Shown here piece by piece: positions 15,177 through 24,000 of a stretch of DNA of 24,000 nucleotides. This DNA comes from Methanocaldococcus sp. Lineage in GTDB: Archaea > AGJL01 > Methanococci > Methanococcales > Methanocaldococcaceae. A model generated the notes under the pieces. That model was given only the letters and a program-made list of their open reading frames with translations. It did not search any database and was not told the DNA's origin. Made by a program: the position numbers and the translations under genes. Position 1 is the first letter of the stretch, and every line of letters starts with the position of its first letter. Where the stretch lies: contig JBDOKN010000030.1 of NCBI GenBank assembly GCA_039833665.1, forward strand, positions 1-24,000, written 5' to 3'.

Positions 15177-15695
15177 ATGAAGGCATGTGAAAGGTTGTTA
15201 TTGAAAATTGAATCACCAGAAAAATTTGTTGAAGAATTTAAAAGGATTTTACTTGAATTGGGTTTAACTTTAAAAGAATTTTCTGAAATTTCAGGAATTC
15301 CATACAGCACATTATACAAAGTTGTTCAAGGAAAGGATTTTAGAGTTTCAACCCTTGTAAAGATTTTAAAGACAATAAGGTCTTTTGAGGAAGATGAAGA
15401 TATTGATACTATAGCAATTATAGCCGCAAGACCAGCTTTAAATAAAATTACAACAAGAAAAATAGAGATTAATGGGAAAAGTTATTTAATAAAAGAATAT
15501 CCTGCTGGTTCTTTAGAGGAGTGTATTGTTGCCGCTGTTAGGGCTGAAAGGGAGGGTGTTAAGGGCATTGTTTGTGCCCCTATTGTTAGCTCAACCATTG
15601 AAAAAATCGTTAATGTGCCAGTAGCTGTTATTATTCCAGAGAAAGATGCATTTATGAAGGCATTGGAGATAATTGCAAAGAAAATAAACGAATGA
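15177..15695 (+). CDS. HTH (XRE-like) DNA-binding protein with an uncharacterised C-terminal domain
   Basis: The helix-turn-helix segment is LTLKEFSEISGIPYSTLYKVVQGK. The ~100-aa C-terminal domain is of unknown function. I prefer the start at ATG 15177 (RBS AAGGGGT) over the track's TTG at 15156. Confidence 0.7.
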   Translation: MKACERLLLKIESPEKFVEEFKRILLELGLTLKEFSEISGIPYSTLYKVVQGKDFRVSTLVKILKTIRSFEEDEDIDTIAIIAARPALNKITTRKIEINGKSYLIKEYPAGSLEECIVAAVRAEREGVKGIVCAPIVSSTIEKIVNVPVAVIIPEKDAFMKALEIIAKKINE

Positions 15696-15718
15696 TTAAT
15701 AATGATTAATATTTAAAA

Positions 15719-16594
15719 TTAACATTTAATATATTGAATTATCTTTTCCAAAAGCTTATCAGCAATATTAACATTAGAAACCTTAGATAACCCAATCCAC
15801 GATGGTGTTGAATTAACTTCTAAAACCTTTAAACCATCTTCTGATTCGATTAAATCAACCCCTGCATAAAATAACCCAATGGCATTTTTTGCTTTTAAAG
15901 CTAATTTTTCAATTTCTTCAGTTACTTCACATTCCTCTACCCTTCCTCCCTGAGAAACATTGTTTTTCCAATTTTCGCCTCCAATTCTATACATTGCTGC
16001 AACAACCTCATCATCAATCACAAAAGCTCTTATATCTCTATATTCTCTTCCCAAAGGTTTTATAAACTCTTGAATGTAGAATGCCCTATATTTTTCTTTA
16101 AATTCATTTAGAATTTTTAACTTGGTAGATATGGGTAGTTCTTTTTTGACCCTAACAATCCCTTCCCCACCACATCCAAATATTGGTTTTAAAACCGCTT
16201 CTTCAAATGTGTCTATCCAGACAATTGCCTCATTTATGCTCTCTGTAACAACAGTTTTTGGTTGGGGAATATTGTTTAATTCGAGATGTACAGAGGTTAA
16301 AAACTTATTTGATGCTATATCTATTTTATCAGGAGGATTTATAACTGGAACATAGTTATTTAAATACTTTAAAATATCAAACCTAAAAAAACTATCCCAA
16401 CCAAGATTTCTAACGAAACAGCAATCTAATTCATCTAAAAATGATTTATAATATTTTAATTTAAAATTTAAATTAAATCCTGCTACAATGTTTCCTGGAT
16501 TTATAATCTTATAATCTACTCCATACTTTTCACAAGATTTTATTAAATCGTTAATTACATCGTCCCTTTCTATGGTGATTATGCCAAACTTCAT
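15719..16594 (-). CDS. mptN: ATP-grasp RimK-family ligase, probable tetrahydromethanopterin:alpha-L-glutamate ligase
   Basis: It shows the RimK-type ATP-grasp pattern (GGEGI, YIQEFI, VLEVNSTP). Its position next to ftsZ2 and the HTH gene matches M. jannaschii MJ0620 (MptN), recalled from memory. The start is ATG 16594, preceded by AAGGGGG. Confidence 0.7.
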   Translation of the reverse strand: MKFGIITIERDDVINDLIKSCEKYGVDYKIINPGNIVAGFNLNFKLKYYKSFLDELDCCFVRNLGWDSFFRFDILKYLNNYVPVINPPDKIDIASNKFLTSVHLELNNIPQPKTVVTESINEAIVWIDTFEEAVLKPIFGCGGEGIVRVKKELPISTKLKILNEFKEKYRAFYIQEFIKPLGREYRDIRAFVIDDEVVAAMYRIGGENWKNNVSQGGRVEECEVTEEIEKLALKAKNAIGLFYAGVDLIESEDGLKVLEVNSTPSWIGLSKVSNVNIADKLLEKIIQYIKC

Positions 16595-16791
16595 TACTAC
16601 CCCCTTTTTATACAACTAAACAGTTAAATATTATAAAAATAATATTGTTAATTATTTATTTAAGCTAGTATTATTAGCTAAGTTATACTATTATATTAAT
16701 TTACTGATAGAGAATTTTTAAAGAATGGATATCATTATAAAGGTTTTTGATGTTAAATAATGTTATAATATCAAATATTCATGGTGATGAA

Positions 16792-18309
16792 ATGGAGAAA
16801 AAAACGTTATCACTTTGCCCCATATGTTTAAAAAGAATTCCTGCAACAATCTTGGAAGAAGATGGAAAAATTATTATTAAAAAGACATGTCCAGAACATG
16901 GGGAATTTAAAGATATCTATTGGGGGGATGCAGAGTTATATAAAAAATTTGACAAATATGAGTTTATTGGAAAAATTGAGGTAACAAATACAAATATAAA
17001 GAATGGCTGTCCTTATGACTGCGGTCTCTGTCCAAATCATAAATCCACAACTATATTGGCTAATATAGATGTAACTAATAGGTGTAATTTAAACTGTCCA
17101 ATATGTTTTGCCAATGCCAATAAATCAGGAAAGGTTTATGAGCCATCTTTTGATGAGATAAAGAGAATGATGGAAAATTTAAGGAATGAGATACCTCCAA
17201 CACCAGCTATTCAATTTGCAGGAGGGGAGCCAACTGTTAGAGGAGATTTGCCTGAACTAATAAGATTAGCCAAAGAAATGGGATTTTTGCACGTGCAGTT
17301 AGCAACAAATGGTATAAAATTAAAGAATATAAATTATCTTAAAAAGTTAAAAGAGGCAGGACTATCAACAATCTATTTACAATTTGATGGAATCTCTGAA
17401 AAACCATATTTAATTGCGAGGGGTAAAAATATCCTTCCTATAAAAATGAAGGTTATTGAAAATTGTAAGAAAGTTGGATTTGATAGTGTTGTTTTGGTTC
17501 CTACCTTAGTTAGGGGGGTTAATGACAATGAAGTTGGAGGAATTATAAAGTATGCTGCCAAAAATGTAGATGTTGTTAGGTCAGTTAATTTCCAGCCGGT
17601 TTCATTTACTGGAAGGGTTGATGAAAAAACGCTCTTAGAGGGGAGGATAACAATCCCCGACTTTATAAAGTTAGTTGAAGAGCAGACAGATGGGGAAATA
17701 GCTAAAGAAGATTTTTACCCTGTTCCTTCAGTAGCTCCAATTTCTGTGTTTGTTGAAAAATTAACAAATGATAGAAAACCTACTTTAAGTTCTCATCAAC
17801 ATTGTGGAGCCGCGACATATGTGTTTGTTGATGAAGATGGGAAGTTAATTCCAATTACAAGATTTATAGACGTTGATGGATTTTTAGAGTTTATTAAAGA
17901 AAAAATAGAAGAGATTGGAAAATCAAAAATGCAAGATGCTAAGGTTTTGGGAGAGGTTGCTTTAAAACTTCCATCATTAATTGATATGAGTAAAGCCCCA
18001 AAAATATTGAATATTAAAAAGCTGATTAATTTACTTTTAGGAGTTTTAAAAAGTGACTATGATGCTTTGGCTGAATTCCACTACCATATGTTGATGATTG
18101 GCTGTATGCATTTTATGGATGCATACAACTTTGATGTTAAAAGAGTGATGAGATGCTGTATTCACTACGCCACTCCTGACAACAGAATAATTCCATTTTG
18201 CACATATAATACAATACATAGAAAAGAGGTTGAGGAGAAATTTTCAATACCATTAGATGAATGGAAAAGAATGCATAGAATGGGAGATAATGATAGAGAA
18301 GATTATTAA
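16792..18309 (+). CDS. tes: radical SAM protein, probable tetraether lipid synthase (GDGT / macrocyclic archaeol synthase)
   Basis: An N-terminal CPIC...CPEH metal-binding knuckle is followed by an extra Cys cluster (CPYDCGLCPNH) and the radical-SAM motif CNLNCPIC. Size and synteny match MJ0619, the enzyme characterised as GDGT-MAS/Tes (from memory). The start is ATG 16792, preceded by GGTGATGA. Confidence 0.65.
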   Translation: MEKKTLSLCPICLKRIPATILEEDGKIIIKKTCPEHGEFKDIYWGDAELYKKFDKYEFIGKIEVTNTNIKNGCPYDCGLCPNHKSTTILANIDVTNRCNLNCPICFANANKSGKVYEPSFDEIKRMMENLRNEIPPTPAIQFAGGEPTVRGDLPELIRLAKEMGFLHVQLATNGIKLKNINYLKKLKEAGLSTIYLQFDGISEKPYLIARGKNILPIKMKVIENCKKVGFDSVVLVPTLVRGVNDNEVGGIIKYAAKNVDVVRSVNFQPVSFTGRVDEKTLLEGRITIPDFIKLVEEQTDGEIAKEDFYPVPSVAPISVFVEKLTNDRKPTLSSHQHCGAATYVFVDEDGKLIPITRFIDVDGFLEFIKEKIEEIGKSKMQDAKVLGEVALKLPSLIDMSKAPKILNIKKLINLLLGVLKSDYDALAEFHYHMLMIGCMHFMDAYNFDVKRVMRCCIHYATPDNRIIPFCTYNTIHRKEVEEKFSIPLDEWKRMHRMGDNDREDY

Positions 18310-18586
18310 AGAGAGTAAAGATGGTGTTTTAATTGATATTGATGTCCAAGCAAATGCTAAGAAGAATGAAATTACCGGAATAAATGAGTGGAGAAAAAGA
18401 TTGGTTGTAAAAATAAAGGCACCTGCAACTGAGGGAAGAGCAAATAAAGAGATAATTAAATTTTTTAAAGGTATTTTCAAAAAAGATGTTGAAATAGTTG
18501 CTGGAAAGCTAAATCCACAAAAAACTATATTAATAAAGGATATTAAAAAGGATGAAGTAATCAAAACATTAAAAAATTTCATTTAA
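18290..18586 (+). CDS. DUF167 (YggU-like) family protein
   Basis: The signature VVKIKAPATEGRANKEIIKFF ... VEIVAGKLNPQKTILI is typical of DUF167. The likely start, ATG 18290 (MIEKIIKE), overlaps the 3' end of the radical-SAM gene by 20 nt. Confidence 0.75.
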   Translation: MIEKIIKESKDGVLIDIDVQANAKKNEITGINEWRKRLVVKIKAPATEGRANKEIIKFFKGIFKKDVEIVAGKLNPQKTILIKDIKKDEVIKTLKNFI

Positions 18587-19167
18587 TACATAAGATTTTT
18601 TAGATTTTCATAGACCTTTTTATTTACCTCTTCATATATACTGTTTCCACGGCTATCCATTGCCACAATTAAAGGTCCAAAATTATCAACCTCCAACTCC
18701 CAAACAGCTTCTGGCATTCCTAATTCCTCCAAAAAATAAACATTATTAACATTTTTTACTGAATTAGCTAATAGAGCGGCACAACCTCCTGGTGCAGCTA
18801 AATAAACTACACTGTAATCTTCAAAAGTTTTTAATAGTTCTTTTTTCATTCCCCCCTTTCCGACAATTGCTGAGATGTTAGTTAGTTTTATAAACTCTTC
18901 TTCAATATCGTTCATCCTTGCAGATGTCGTTGGGCCTATTGAAACGCAAACCCATTTATTATTGACTTTTTTCATTATTGGACCAGCATGATAGATAACT
19001 GCTTCATTCAAATCAAAAGGTAGATTTTCATTATTTTTCATCATTTCAATAATTTTTAAATGTGCCTCATCCCTTGCAGTGTATATTTTGCCATTCAAAT
19101 AAACTACATCTCCAACTCTTAGCTTTCTAACATCATTTTTTGTTAATATATCAAATATATATTCCAA
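18583..19167 (-). CDS. class I (Fe-S) fumarate hydratase / tartrate dehydratase, beta subunit
   Basis: 194 aa. The pattern LRVGDVVYLNGKIYTARDEAH...GPTTS...KGG is typical of the FumA C-terminal-type beta subunit. The TTG start is supported by GGGAGGGAT 5 nt upstream. Confidence 0.85.
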   Translation of the reverse strand: MEYIFDILTKNDVRKLRVGDVVYLNGKIYTARDEAHLKIIEMMKNNENLPFDLNEAVIYHAGPIMKKVNNKWVCVSIGPTTSARMNDIEEEFIKLTNISAIVGKGGMKKELLKTFEDYSVVYLAAPGGCAALLANSVKNVNNVYFLEELGMPEAVWELEVDNFGPLIVAMDSRGNSIYEEVNKKVYENLKNLMY

Positions 19168-19279
19168 AATATCCCTCCCGATATTTTTATTGCTTACTCT
19201 TATAATTCAGAACCATAATTTATTTATAATTAGTTTTAAACTCTTTACATAAAAATTTAAAACCTTTTTTGGTGAAAGG

Positions 19280-19753
19280 ATGATATGTATTATTATGGGT
19301 AGTGAGAGCGATATAAAAATAGCTGAAAAGGCAGTTAATGTTCTAAAAGAGTTTGGTGTAGGGTTTGAGGTTAGAGTTGCCTCTGCCCATAGAACACCAG
19401 AGTTAGTTGAGGAGATTGTCAAAAACTCAAAGGCAGATGTATTTATAGCAATTGCCGGTTTAGCCGCTCATCTACCGGGAGTTGTAGCAAGCTTAACAAC
19501 AAAGCCAGTTATAGCAGTTCCAGTTGATGCAAAGCTTGATGGCTTAGATGCACTATTAAGTGCTGTCCAAATGCCCCCTGGAATTCCAGTTGCCACTGTT
19601 GGAATTGATAGAGGAGAGAATGCCGCTATATTAGCATTAGAAATTTTAGCTCTAAAAGATGAAAATATTGCAAAAAAATTATCTGAATATAGAGAGAAGA
19701 TGAAGAAGAAGGTTTATTCGTCAGATGAGAGAGTTAGAGAAATGTTTAAATAA
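19280..19753 (+). CDS. purE: phosphoribosylaminoimidazole carboxylase catalytic subunit / N5-CAIR mutase
   Basis: 157 aa. It has the PurE motifs [14 protein letters not shown] and [21 protein letters not shown] lies upstream. Confidence 0.92.
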   Translation: MICIIMGSESDIKIAEKAVNVLKEFGVGFEVRVASAHRTPELVEEIVKNSKADVFIAIAGLAAHLPGVVASLTTKPVIAVPVDAKLDGLDALLSAVQMPPGIPVATVGIDRGENAAILALEILALKDENIAKKLSEYREKMKKKVYSSDERVREMFK

Positions 19754-19825
19754 TTTATACCATTAAATTTTTATGTTATAACGTTGCCAATAATTTTTTA
19801 GCTATAAAATTGGAGAGGGATTTAC

Positions 19826-20476
19826 ATGCAGAGAGTGAATCCAACAAGAATGGAATTATTAAAATTAAAAAATAAAATTAAATTGGCAGAAAAAGGACAT
19901 AAACTGTTAAAGCAGAAAAGAGATGCTTTAATCATGGAGTTTTTCCAAATTATAGAGCAGGCATCTGATTTAAGAGAGAAGGTTGAGAAAAAATTAGAAG
20001 AGGCATATAAAGATTTGATAATGGCTCAGACAGTTATGGGAACTTTGGCAGTTAAAGAAGCTTCCTTAGCAGCTAAGAACGATAAATTAGAGGTTGATAT
20101 GGATACCAAAAATATTATGGGTGTCACCGTTCCTACTTTTGAGATATACAACGTTAGAAGAAAGGTTGGTGAAAGAGGTTATTCACCTTACAGCGTTAGC
20201 TCAAAGTTAGATGAAGCCGCTAAGAAGTTTGAGGAGGCATTAGAATTAATAACTGAATTAGCTGAGATAGAGACATCAATCAAACTCTTAGCTGAAGAAA
20301 TTATAACAACAAAAAGAAGAGTTAATGCATTGGAATATGTTATTATCCCAAGATTAAAAGCTCTCAAAAAGTATATATCAATGAGATTGGATGAGATGGA
20401 GAGAGAGAACTTCTTCAGGTTGAAGTTGATTAAGTCAAGAATTGAGAAAAGAGAGGCAGAGGGAGAGACAGTATAA
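19826..20476 (+). CDS. atpD: A/V-type ATP synthase subunit D
   Basis: 216 aa. The N-terminus [31 protein letters not shown] is the canonical subunit D sequence. RBS GGAGAGGGA lies upstream. Confidence 0.92.
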   Translation: MQRVNPTRMELLKLKNKIKLAEKGHKLLKQKRDALIMEFFQIIEQASDLREKVEKKLEEAYKDLIMAQTVMGTLAVKEASLAAKNDKLEVDMDTKNIMGVTVPTFEIYNVRRKVGERGYSPYSVSSKLDEAAKKFEEALELITELAEIETSIKLLAEEIITTKRRVNALEYVIIPRLKALKKYISMRLDEMERENFFRLKLIKSRIEKREAEGETV

Positions 20477-20478
20477 TA

Positions 20479-20868
20479 ATGGTGGTGCCTATGGTATTTA
20501 GAATACTTGGAAGGATGACTGAAATAGAGAAAGAAATTAAGGAAGAAGAAGCAAGATACGATTTGATAATTAAAAATGAAGCAAAAATTGAGCCAATAGT
20601 TGCTGATGAAGACAAAGAATTTAAGCAAGGAGATATAAAGCCAATAAAAATTAAGAAGATTAAGATACCACCAATGTCAATCCTTTTAATCTGTCCTTAT
20701 GGTAGGCATAGGGTAGGGCATGTAATAGCCGTTGGAGAAGAGATACCAATGCCCATAGAAGCTGAGAGAGAAGCAGACATGGCTACTTTTGCATGTGGGA
20801 TGGATGGAGAAGTGAAGAAAGGAGATTTAATTGGAATGTTGTTAATAGTTACAGCTGAAAAGAAGTAA
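20479..20868 (+). CDS. conserved archaeal hypothetical protein; the C-terminus is possibly a barrel-sandwich (lipoyl/biotinyl-like, DUF2118-type) fold
   Basis: The ORF begins 2 nt after the atpD stop. The C-terminal [13 protein letters not shown] resembles hybrid-barrel motifs, but the family assignment is from memory and weak. The start is ambiguous: ATG 20479, or 20491 preceded by GGTGGTG. Confidence 0.5.
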   Translation: MVVPMVFRILGRMTEIEKEIKEEEARYDLIIKNEAKIEPIVADEDKEFKQGDIKPIKIKKIKIPPMSILLICPYGRHRVGHVIAVGEEIPMPIEAEREADMATFACGMDGEVKKGDLIGMLLIVTAEKK

Positions 20869-20930
20869 TTTTTAATAATTTTTTTAGTTTTTATTTTAAT
20901 CTAATTTTAAATGTTCATTTTGGGATGCTT

Positions 20931-21965
20931 ATGGAGCTAATTGATATACTATTAAAGAAACTAAACAAAAATGCAGTAGTTACGGAGATAGCTAAGGATA
21001 GAGACCCTTTTAAGGTTTTAATATCAACAATAATAAGTGCAAGAACAAAGGATGAAGTGACTGAAGAGGTTTCTAAGAGGTTGTTTAAAAAAATTAAAGA
21101 TGTGGAAGATTTACTAAACATAGATGAAGAAAAATTAGCAGATTTGATATATCCAGCTGGATTTTATAAAGTTAAGGCAAAAAATTTAAAAAAATTAGCT
21201 AAGATTTTAAAAGAAAACTATGATGGAAAAGTCCCTGACTCTTTGGAAGAACTTTTAAAGCTCCCAGGAGTTGGGAGGAAGACGGCTAATTTGGTTATAA
21301 CTTTAGCTTTTAACAAGGATGGGATTTGTGTAGATACTCATGTTCATAGGATTTGTAATAGATGGGAAATAGTTGATACTGAAACTCCCGAAGAGACAGA
21401 ATTTGAATTGAGAAAAAAGCTTCCTAAAAAATATTGGAAGGTAATAAATAATTTATTAGTAGTTTTTGGTAGGGAAATTTGCTCTCCAAAACCAAAATGT
21501 GGTAAATGCTTTGAAGAAATAAAAGAAAAATGTCCCTACTATGAAAAAATTAAGCACTTTGAAAGCATCTTAAAAAAATTCAATTTTAAAAAAGTTTCAA
21601 AAAACAACATCCCTAATGAAAAAGGGACATATATATTAAAAATTAAGCTGAAAGAAGGCAAAAAAATAAAATTTGGCAAAATAGATAGATTCTTTAAAAA
21701 AGGTTACTATTTTTATGTTGGCTCTGCCTATGGAAATTCAATAAATCTAAAAAATAGAATTGAGAGGCATTTAAGAGATGATAAGAAGATGCACTGGCAT
21801 ATTGATTATTTATTAAAATTTGGGAAGGTTGAAGAAATTTATATCACAAATGAAAAGGTTGAGTGTGAGGTTGCAAACGAATTTATAAAAAAATTTGATT
21901 TTGTTGAAAACTTTGGATGCTCTGACTGTAAATGTAAAAGTCATCTCTTCTATCTAAAACCATAG
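20931..21965 (+). CDS. nth: endonuclease III (HhH-GPD DNA glycosylase/lyase) fused to a C-terminal DUF123 (GIY-YIG-like) domain
   Basis: The N-terminal ~210 aa carry the HhH motif [12 protein letters not shown] with the catalytic Lys, VDTHVHR with the catalytic Asp, and the Cys cluster [18 protein letters not shown]. The C-terminal ~130 aa carry GTYILKI...GYYFYVGSA...RIERHL...HWHIDYL. The start is probably ATG 20931. Confidence 0.85.
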   Translation: MELIDILLKKLNKNAVVTEIAKDRDPFKVLISTIISARTKDEVTEEVSKRLFKKIKDVEDLLNIDEEKLADLIYPAGFYKVKAKNLKKLAKILKENYDGKVPDSLEELLKLPGVGRKTANLVITLAFNKDGICVDTHVHRICNRWEIVDTETPEETEFELRKKLPKKYWKVINNLLVVFGREICSPKPKCGKCFEEIKEKCPYYEKIKHFESILKKFNFKKVSKNNIPNEKGTYILKIKLKEGKKIKFGKIDRFFKKGYYFYVGSAYGNSINLKNRIERHLRDDKKMHWHIDYLLKFGKVEEIYITNEKVECEVANEFIKKFDFVENFGCSDCKCKSHLFYLKP

Positions 21966-22046
21966 AAGGAGGAAATTCCTTCTATTGATATACTCCCCAT
22001 TCTGGGATATACCAATAGAGCTTTACCCATTTGGTATAGAGCTATA

Positions 22047-23387
22047 TCACTTAAATCTCTCTTTCCCACCAATATTTTTAATTATATTTAAAAATTCTTT
22101 TTCCATATTTTTTAACTCCTCCTTATTGTATCCATAAATTCTGAATGTTATACTTTTATATCCCTCTTCTATTTTATCTCCTTCATAAATGTCAATTATC
22201 TCAATGTCAAAAACTTTTTTTAATAAATTTAAAATTACCTTCTCATCAACTTCTTTTCTAAATAAAACAGACACATCTATATATCTCCTTTCTAAGTGAT
22301 TCTTTTTTAGTTCATTCAACTCATCTCCAGCGAACACCTCAACCCTCAAAATATTAAATCTCTGTTCTTTACCATTTTTATTTAGTATTAAGTAATCATC
22401 TTCAATGTCTTTTAAAATCCCAAAATGAACGGCATTTGAATTTATATTTTTTACAGCCACTTCTTTACCAATGAGTTTATTCAACTTCTCTATTTCAGAA
22501 GTTAATGCAAAGATAGCTTTATCTGAATAATAAGCTCCTCTCTTTGCCTCATTACCAAAATGTTTAGCCGCTTCTTTCATTATCTTAACAAAGCCCTCCC
22601 TATCTTTATTTTTAACAATTTCACTAATCTCTTTACATTGATTTATAAAGGTTTCATGAATCTCCTTTATCCTTGGATTGAACATTTGGATATCAGCATA
22701 TAGATAAGGATTCTGCCCTATAATCCTCCCAATAATAGAAATCATCAATTCATATATTGGGGAGGCAAACTTTCTCGACTCTTTTATATCAACATTAAGT
22801 TCTTTCAATGTAGCCCCCAAAGATATAAAGGCGAAGTGTGTTAAACCTTGAACAATCCCCATAATTTTATCATGTTTTTCTGGAGGGATGACTATAACTT
22901 TAGCCCCTTCTCTTTTTAAAAAATTATAAACTTTCTTAAACCACTCAGTATTTTTATGCCTTTCAGATGGAGTTAAGATAACTACCTGCCTTAACAAGGA
23001 TGGTGTTGATGGACCAAACATTGGGTGAGTTGGGATAACTGTAACTCCTTCTTTAACATTCTCTTCCATAACTTTTGAAGGAATCTCTTTAATTGAAGTT
23101 ATGTCCATTAATAAACAACCCTCTCTAACATGGGGAGCCACTTCTTTTATAACCCCCTCCGTAACGTTAATAGGAACTGCAACAATAACGATATCTCCTT
23201 TTTTAGCGGCTTCAATGTTGTTGTTTGTAAATTCAACTCCAAGCTCCCTTTCAACATTCTTTCCTTTTTCAACATCCCTCCCAGTAACTATAACATTAAA
23301 TCCTTTATTTTTTAAATATCTTGCAAACCACTTCCCTAAACCATCGGTTCCTCCAATGATTGAGATTGTTAAGCTCGTATTTTTCAT
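22047..23387 (-). CDS. tyrA: prephenate dehydrogenase with a C-terminal extension
   Basis: It has the Rossmann motif ISIIGGTDGLGKWFA and a TyrA core (HPMFGP, GLTHF). The start is ATG 23387 (RBS AAGGGGGA), giving 446 aa. The track's start at 23432 adds 15 aa. Confidence 0.88.
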   Translation of the reverse strand: MKNTSLTISIIGGTDGLGKWFARYLKNKGFNVIVTGRDVEKGKNVERELGVEFTNNNIEAAKKGDIVIVAVPINVTEGVIKEVAPHVREGCLLMDITSIKEIPSKVMEENVKEGVTVIPTHPMFGPSTPSLLRQVVILTPSERHKNTEWFKKVYNFLKREGAKVIVIPPEKHDKIMGIVQGLTHFAFISLGATLKELNVDIKESRKFASPIYELMISIIGRIIGQNPYLYADIQMFNPRIKEIHETFINQCKEISEIVKNKDREGFVKIMKEAAKHFGNEAKRGAYYSDKAIFALTSEIEKLNKLIGKEVAVKNINSNAVHFGILKDIEDDYLILNKNGKEQRFNILRVEVFAGDELNELKKNHLERRYIDVSVLFRKEVDEKVILNLLKKVFDIEIIDIYEGDKIEEGYKSITFRIYGYNKEELKNMEKEFLNIIKNIGGKERFK

Positions 23388-23551
23388 AATATTCCCCCTT
23401 ATATGATTGTAGCATGTATTTTGGTGAAACAAGAAATCTAAATGAGATTCAATAAAATATAATTAACTGAAATTCCTAAAATTGTTCCGGCAATAACTTG
23501 AAAAACTGTAAAAGAAAGTATTTGAAAAATCTCTCCCCTATATTCACAATT

Positions 23552-24000
23552 TCACCAAAACATCACATATATAACATATCCAATTAGAGGAAGTCCAACA
23601 ATTGCCCAAACTAATGGATTCCATCTTAAAACTTTTTCCCCATCAAATGGAGGAATTGGAAGCATGTTAAACCCAGCTAAGAATAAGTTTATATTAAATC
23701 CAAAAATTCCTATCCAGTATAACAAAGAACCTGGTTTAAAAATTAAAGCTACTATTAAAAATATAAATGCCAAGGCAACATTTGTTAAAGGTCCTGCTAA
23801 AGCTATTTTTCCGTTTTCTTCATGAGTTAAGTAATCTTTATAGATATAGACGGCCCCAGGAGCTATAAAAGTAGCTCCAAAAATAACCTTTAATATAAAA
23901 CCCAATGCTAAACCTTCATACCAAGCCCTAAATTCACTCCACGCTCCATATTTCCTTGCTACCGTTCTGTGCATTAATTCGTGAAATATAAATCCACAAC
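23552..24000 (-). CDS. site-2 protease family (M50) zinc metalloprotease; the N-terminus lies outside the window
   Basis: The reading frame stays open upstream of the track's ATG at 23974. The codons just before it read ...CGFIFHELMH, which is the HExxH zinc motif. The rest is polytopic membrane sequence, with the NxxPxxxxDG motif (NMLPIPPFDGEK) typical of M50. Confidence 0.75.
   Translation of the reverse strand, partial: CGFIFHELMHRTVARKYGAWSEFRAWYEGLALGFILKVIFGATFIAPGAVYIYKDYLTHEENGKIALAGPLTNVALAFIFLIVALIFKPGSLLYWIGIFGFNINLFLAGFNMLPIPPFDGEKVLRWNPLVWAIVGLPLIGYVIYVMFW

Noticed and set aside
18253-18582. Minus-strand 109-aa ORF, the mirror image of the DUF167 ORF
   Set aside because: The plus-strand product carries the DUF167 signature (KAPATEGRANKEII…VAGKLNPQKTI). 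The minus-strand translation is hydrophobic, low-complexity sequence with no motif.
527-23406. Antisense or shadow ORFs in the track (527-748, 2790-3023, 4011-4220, 5858-6100, 8668-8880, 9127-9387, 9454-9660, 11275-11730, 16122-16355, 17373-17561, 19207-19422, 20188-20628, 20430-20615, 20915-21121, 23101-23406, 23130-23315)
   Set aside because: Each lies wholly or largely opposite a longer ORF with clear family motifs. Their translations are low-complexity and Ser/Leu/Phe/Ile-rich, as expected from reading AT-rich coding DNA in antisense. None has a convincing RBS.

Overview
AT-rich archaeal chromosome segment whose gene content and order are typical of Methanocaldococcus (Methanococcales). 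From memory, unverified, it looks syntenic with the M. jannaschii MJ0611-MJ0641 region. I support 28 protein-coding genes, two of them truncated by the window edges. They are mostly housekeeping: pheA, tyrA, leuS, purO, purE, ftsZ, atpD, mptN, a fumarase beta subunit, a PiT phosphate transporter, a hydrogenase maturation protease, an endonuclease III fusion and two radical-SAM enzymes. One is a 58-aa 2x[4Fe-4S] ferredoxin that the ORF track misses. Against the AT-rich background there are two sharp GC-rich islands, the expected signature of structural RNAs in a hyperthermophile. Island 13423-13752 (minus strand) is the SRP 7S RNA. Island 6378-6720 is a densely helical RNA locus of about 340 nt that I cannot assign to any family. 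It lacks RNase P CR-I, the SRP helix-8 motif, tRNA arms and a C/D D-box. It also contains an internal promoter/terminator-like AT block, a decayed copy of its own 3' module, and two mutually exclusive helices. This is the best novelty candidate in the window. Other points worth a second look:
- a KamA-family radical-SAM protein carrying the Lys/Asn substitutions of glutamate 2,3-aminomutase plus a ~300-aa N-terminal extension
- a decayed duplication of the ferredoxin 3' end upstream of purO
- a 111-bp AT-rich palindromic, MITE-like element
- an EndoIII-DUF123 fusion
- several tightly coupled operons with odd gene combinations

I saw no CRISPR array, tRNA, rRNA, transposase or integrase.
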